Assembly: GCA_043228905.1 (NCBI GenBank)
Contig: JBHGNT010001253.1
Coordinates: 1-10,612, forward strand
DNA: 10,612 nt
Source: Azolla caroliniana
Taxonomy: Eukaryota; Plantae; Polypodiophyta
Direction of reading: 5' to 3'
Part shown: positions 7,696 through 10,612 of the stretch, one piece after another
Numbering within the stretch: the first letter of the stretch is position 1
Layout: every line of letters starts with the position of its first letter
The notes under the pieces: model-generated
What the model was told of the DNA's origin: nothing
The model's input: the letters and a program-made list of their open reading frames with translations, nothing else
Databases searched by the model: none
Translations under genes and position numbers: made by a program

Positions 7696-8697
7696 GCTGA
7701 ATTGTACATGAACTTTAAAGACCAACATCCAAGCTTGACTGTCGGATTCCGCAAGTTCCAAGGTTTGAAACCATTTTATGTAAGAAAATTAAATGAGAGG
7801 AATACATGTTGTTGTGTGTACCATGTGAAGATGGACATGTTAAGGCTAGCAGTGAATGCAATGCGTACTGATTCTAAGGGTATACATGGGGAATTATGTG
7901 TCTGCACTTGTGAGATTTGTAGACCAAATGGGGAGGATAATAGGTGTAATGCACGAAACATGACTTATGCATCCGTTTTTGAGCTATGGAGGTCTTGTGT
8001 TTGTGAAAAAGAACCATCATGTGAGTGGCATCGTCGTACATGTCTATTAAGAACATGTAAGGTTTGTCCGCTACCATTATTTTGTAGGTAGGAGCTTGAT
8101 ATGGGAAATAGTCATATCGTGAAATGGAAATATTTGGAGTATGTGACTGAAAATATTGGCAAGGGAGTTGTAACTAAGCGTATCAAGGAAGTATATAAGG
8201 AGACATGTGCTGCTACCCTTGTCTCAGAATTTAAGAAACAACTTGGGGAGTTTATTCCACATAACTTCCGGAGTTATTGGCAAAATTCACAGTTCAAGCA
8301 ATGTATTAATAACTTACCAACGGGTGTCATTGTATCCGTTATTGATTTTGCAGAAAACTATACATTTAAAGTTCAAAATGAGGTTCAATCAATGCATTGG
8401 TACAATGATCAATGTACAATACTTGTACATATTTGCTATTGGAGGCAAGACGGTGAGTTACATAAGAAATCAATATTTTACATTTCAGATGATAAAAAGC
8501 ATGATACACTATTTGTTCAACATTGTTTTAAGCTTCACCATGCAGATTTATTTTCTCTAGGGTTAACCTTTAACCATCATTGGGTTTGGTCTGATGGTGC
8601 TTATCACGATCGTTCTACTTTATCGCCAGGTAATTTTTAATCCATATGTTTAGTACTTATCATGCAATGTGTAAGGAAGTAAATCTTGTGTTAGTGG

Positions 8698-8822
8698 ATG
8701 CATACTAATTATGTTTGTAACTATTAACAAACAATACTAGTCACATCGATGCATACTAATTATGTTTCTAACTATTCGAATCTTGCACTTGTGAATGGAT
8801 GCATGCATACTAATTTTGTTTG
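8698..8822. repeat. short GATGCATACTAATTATGTTT repeats (about 3 copies)
   Basis: Copies near 8698, 8748 and 8803. They share the TACTAATTATGTTT segment with the large minisatellite. Confidence 0.75.
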
Positions 8823-8829
8823 TATTATG

Positions 8830-9668
8830 TTGTACTAAGTAACTTTTAATCCATGTGAAGTGTTCTCCATAGACACATTGTACTATGTTGTGTTTACAGA
8901 AGGATGTAAAGTACTCATCTTGTACTCATAGTATTGTCCGTGCTTAAGAGAATTGTACTAATGATCTTTTTATCCATGTGAAGTGTTCTCCATAGACACA
9001 TTGTACTATGTTGTGTGTATAGAAGGATGTAAAGTACTCATCTTGTACTTATAGTATTGTCCGTCCTTAAGAGAATTGTACTAATTATGTTTTAATCCAT
9101 GTGAAGGGTTCTCCATATACACATTGTACTATGTTGTGTGTTGGTTCTGTACTATGTTGTGTTTACAAAAGGATGTAAAGTACTCATCTTGTACTCATAA
9201 TATTGTCCGTCCTTAAGAGAATTGTACTAAGTATCGATTAATCCATGTGAAGGGTTCTCCATAGACACATTGTACTATGTTGTGTGTTGGTTTTGTACAA
9301 TGTTGTGTTTACAAAAGGATGTAAAGTACTCATCTTGTACTTATAGTATTGTCCGTCCTTAAGAGAATTGTACTAATTATGTTTTAATCCATGTGAAGGG
9401 TTCTCCATAGACACATTGTACTATGTTGTGTGTTGTATCTGTACTATGTTGTGTTTACAGGAGGATGTAAAGTACTCATCTTGTACTCATAGTATTGTCC
9501 GTCCTTAAGAGAATTGTACTAAGTATCGATTAATCCATGTGAAGGGTTCTCCATAGACACATTGTACTATGTTGTGTGTTGGTTTTGTACTATGTTGTGT
9601 TTACAAAAGGATATAAAGTACTCATCTTGTACTCATAGTATTGTCCGTCCTTAAGAGAATTGTACTAA
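8830..9668. repeat. intronic minisatellite, 6 units of 123/146 bp
   Basis: CCATGTGAAG at 8851, 8974, 9097, 9243, 9389 and 9535 (periods 123, 123, 146, 146, 146). Confidence 0.97.
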
Positions 9669-10612
9669 ATCAGTATTTACTCATGTTGTACTCATAGTAT
9701 TGTACTCATCTTGTACTCACCAAAGCAGGTATTTCTCCTTATTCAATATTCGTATGCAATGGAATTACTTCGGGTCTGGACATGGAAAAGGAGAGCATGA
9801 TGGCGCGGGGGTTGTGATCAAACGTGCCCTTACAAGTGAGTAGTTGGATAATAATGGCGCTAAGTTACAAAATGCACATGATGTTGTGCAGTGGCTAACA
9901 TGGAAGATGTCAAATGATGGTAAGAACAGATTGTTTGTTGAAGTTCGCGTTGATGAGGTCGATAGAACTAAATCATATGGTTGTAAAACCGTGAAAGGCA
10001 CACGCAGCACCCATTGTGTGTTAGGGTTTAGCTGCAAGGACACAACCCAATTGTTACTCCGTAGTTTATCATGCTTTTGTTCCATGTGTCTAGATGAAGC
10101 TTGGGATAAATGCATCAACCTATCAATCGTGGAGCCCTGGAAGCTGCAGAAGCTTGAGCCTGAACGACAAGATGATATTGAAGAGGATGTGCATTCAAAC
10201 AATATTGTATACTACAACCAAAATCAAGACTTGGCAGTTTTATTGGAAGTTGGAGATCATTTTGCAGTGCTCAAATATTCTCAGAATGAAGATTTAGAAG
10301 ACTACTACATTGTGGTGTGCAAGCAAGGAAAGACATTATTGAAAGAAGTGGTGAGGGATGGTTGGGGCAACAATTTCAACGTTGGTGAGTCTGTCGTGTA
10401 TGGAAACTATTATGCAAAGTTGCCGCAGTGCAAGAACACATATGCATTACTAAAAGAAGCACCCATCGCAATAATCTACGCTGATGCCATTCTTGCGATC
10501 AAATTCAATATGACTCAAGCAAAGCACAAGGTTAAGGGATACAACACTGTCTACAAGGTCCCCCAAGAGGTTCATGAGCACATATTAGGGGAGGTCTCTC
10601 TATTTAATGCTT

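Larger units (their letters stand above)
8630..9728 (+). other. intron 2 (1099 nt, phase 2, GT-AG)
   Basis: CAG|GTAATT ... GCAG|GTAT gives SRSFYFIAR-YFSLFNIRMQWNYFGSGHGKG. Confidence 0.85.
5844..10612 (+). mobile_element. Sola2-like DNA transposon (right end outside window; left end approximate)
   Basis: Spliced DDD transposase; repeat-rich upstream region; shift to AGTACT-rich sequence after ~5860. Candidate terminus GGG at 5844 cannot be confirmed without the second TIR. Confidence 0.7.
6998..10612 (+). pseudogene. Sola2-like DDD transposase, 3 exons: 6998-7603, 7696-8629, 9729->10612
   Basis: Motifs: FW...TRVSPNKKD, ELY..FK..HP...G...F..LKP, TCCCVYH, DFAENY (D 8344), EVQSMHW, SDDKKHD, WSDG (D 8593), YFGSGHGKGEHDGAG..IKR (D 9799), VKGTRSTH, SCFCSMC. 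Lesions: TAG 8089-8091, frameshift near 8602, TAG 9841-9843. The start codon is uncertain. Confidence 0.82.

Noticed and set aside
8830-9668. CRISPR or repeat-spacer array in the intron
   Set aside because: Linkers recur rather than being unique; it is a minisatellite.
9765-10297. Listed ORFs 9765-10202(-) and 10094-10297(+)
   Set aside because: The motif-bearing frame is the unlisted + frame from 9730 that runs off the window end.

Overview
Eukaryotic, plant-type heterochromatic window made almost entirely of decayed transposable elements; no host gene is evident. Left part (1-~5843) reads as a nest of LTR retrotransposons, each interrupting the next. A Ty1/copia (Tnt1/Tork-like) 3' half on + (IN-RT-RNaseH, PPT, 3' LTR 2576-3145) is inserted into the integrase of an internally deleted Ty3/gypsy element on - (5' LTR 5109-4299). 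That element sits 7 bp from a second LTR (5117-5626), which interrupts the 3' LTR of a third element (5791 leftwards, PPT 5792-5803). Right part (~5844-end) is a DNA transposon with a three-exon Sola2-like DDD transposase pseudogene. Its last exon is missing from the ORF track and its second intron holds a dimeric minisatellite. The most unusual items are two tRNA-like Pol III (A/B box) modules inside the gypsy LTR U3, non-tRNA primer-binding sites, and the spliced Sola2-like gene with a long C-terminal extension. A non-seed land plant host is inferred, not shown. All family assignments come from motif recognition, not database searches.
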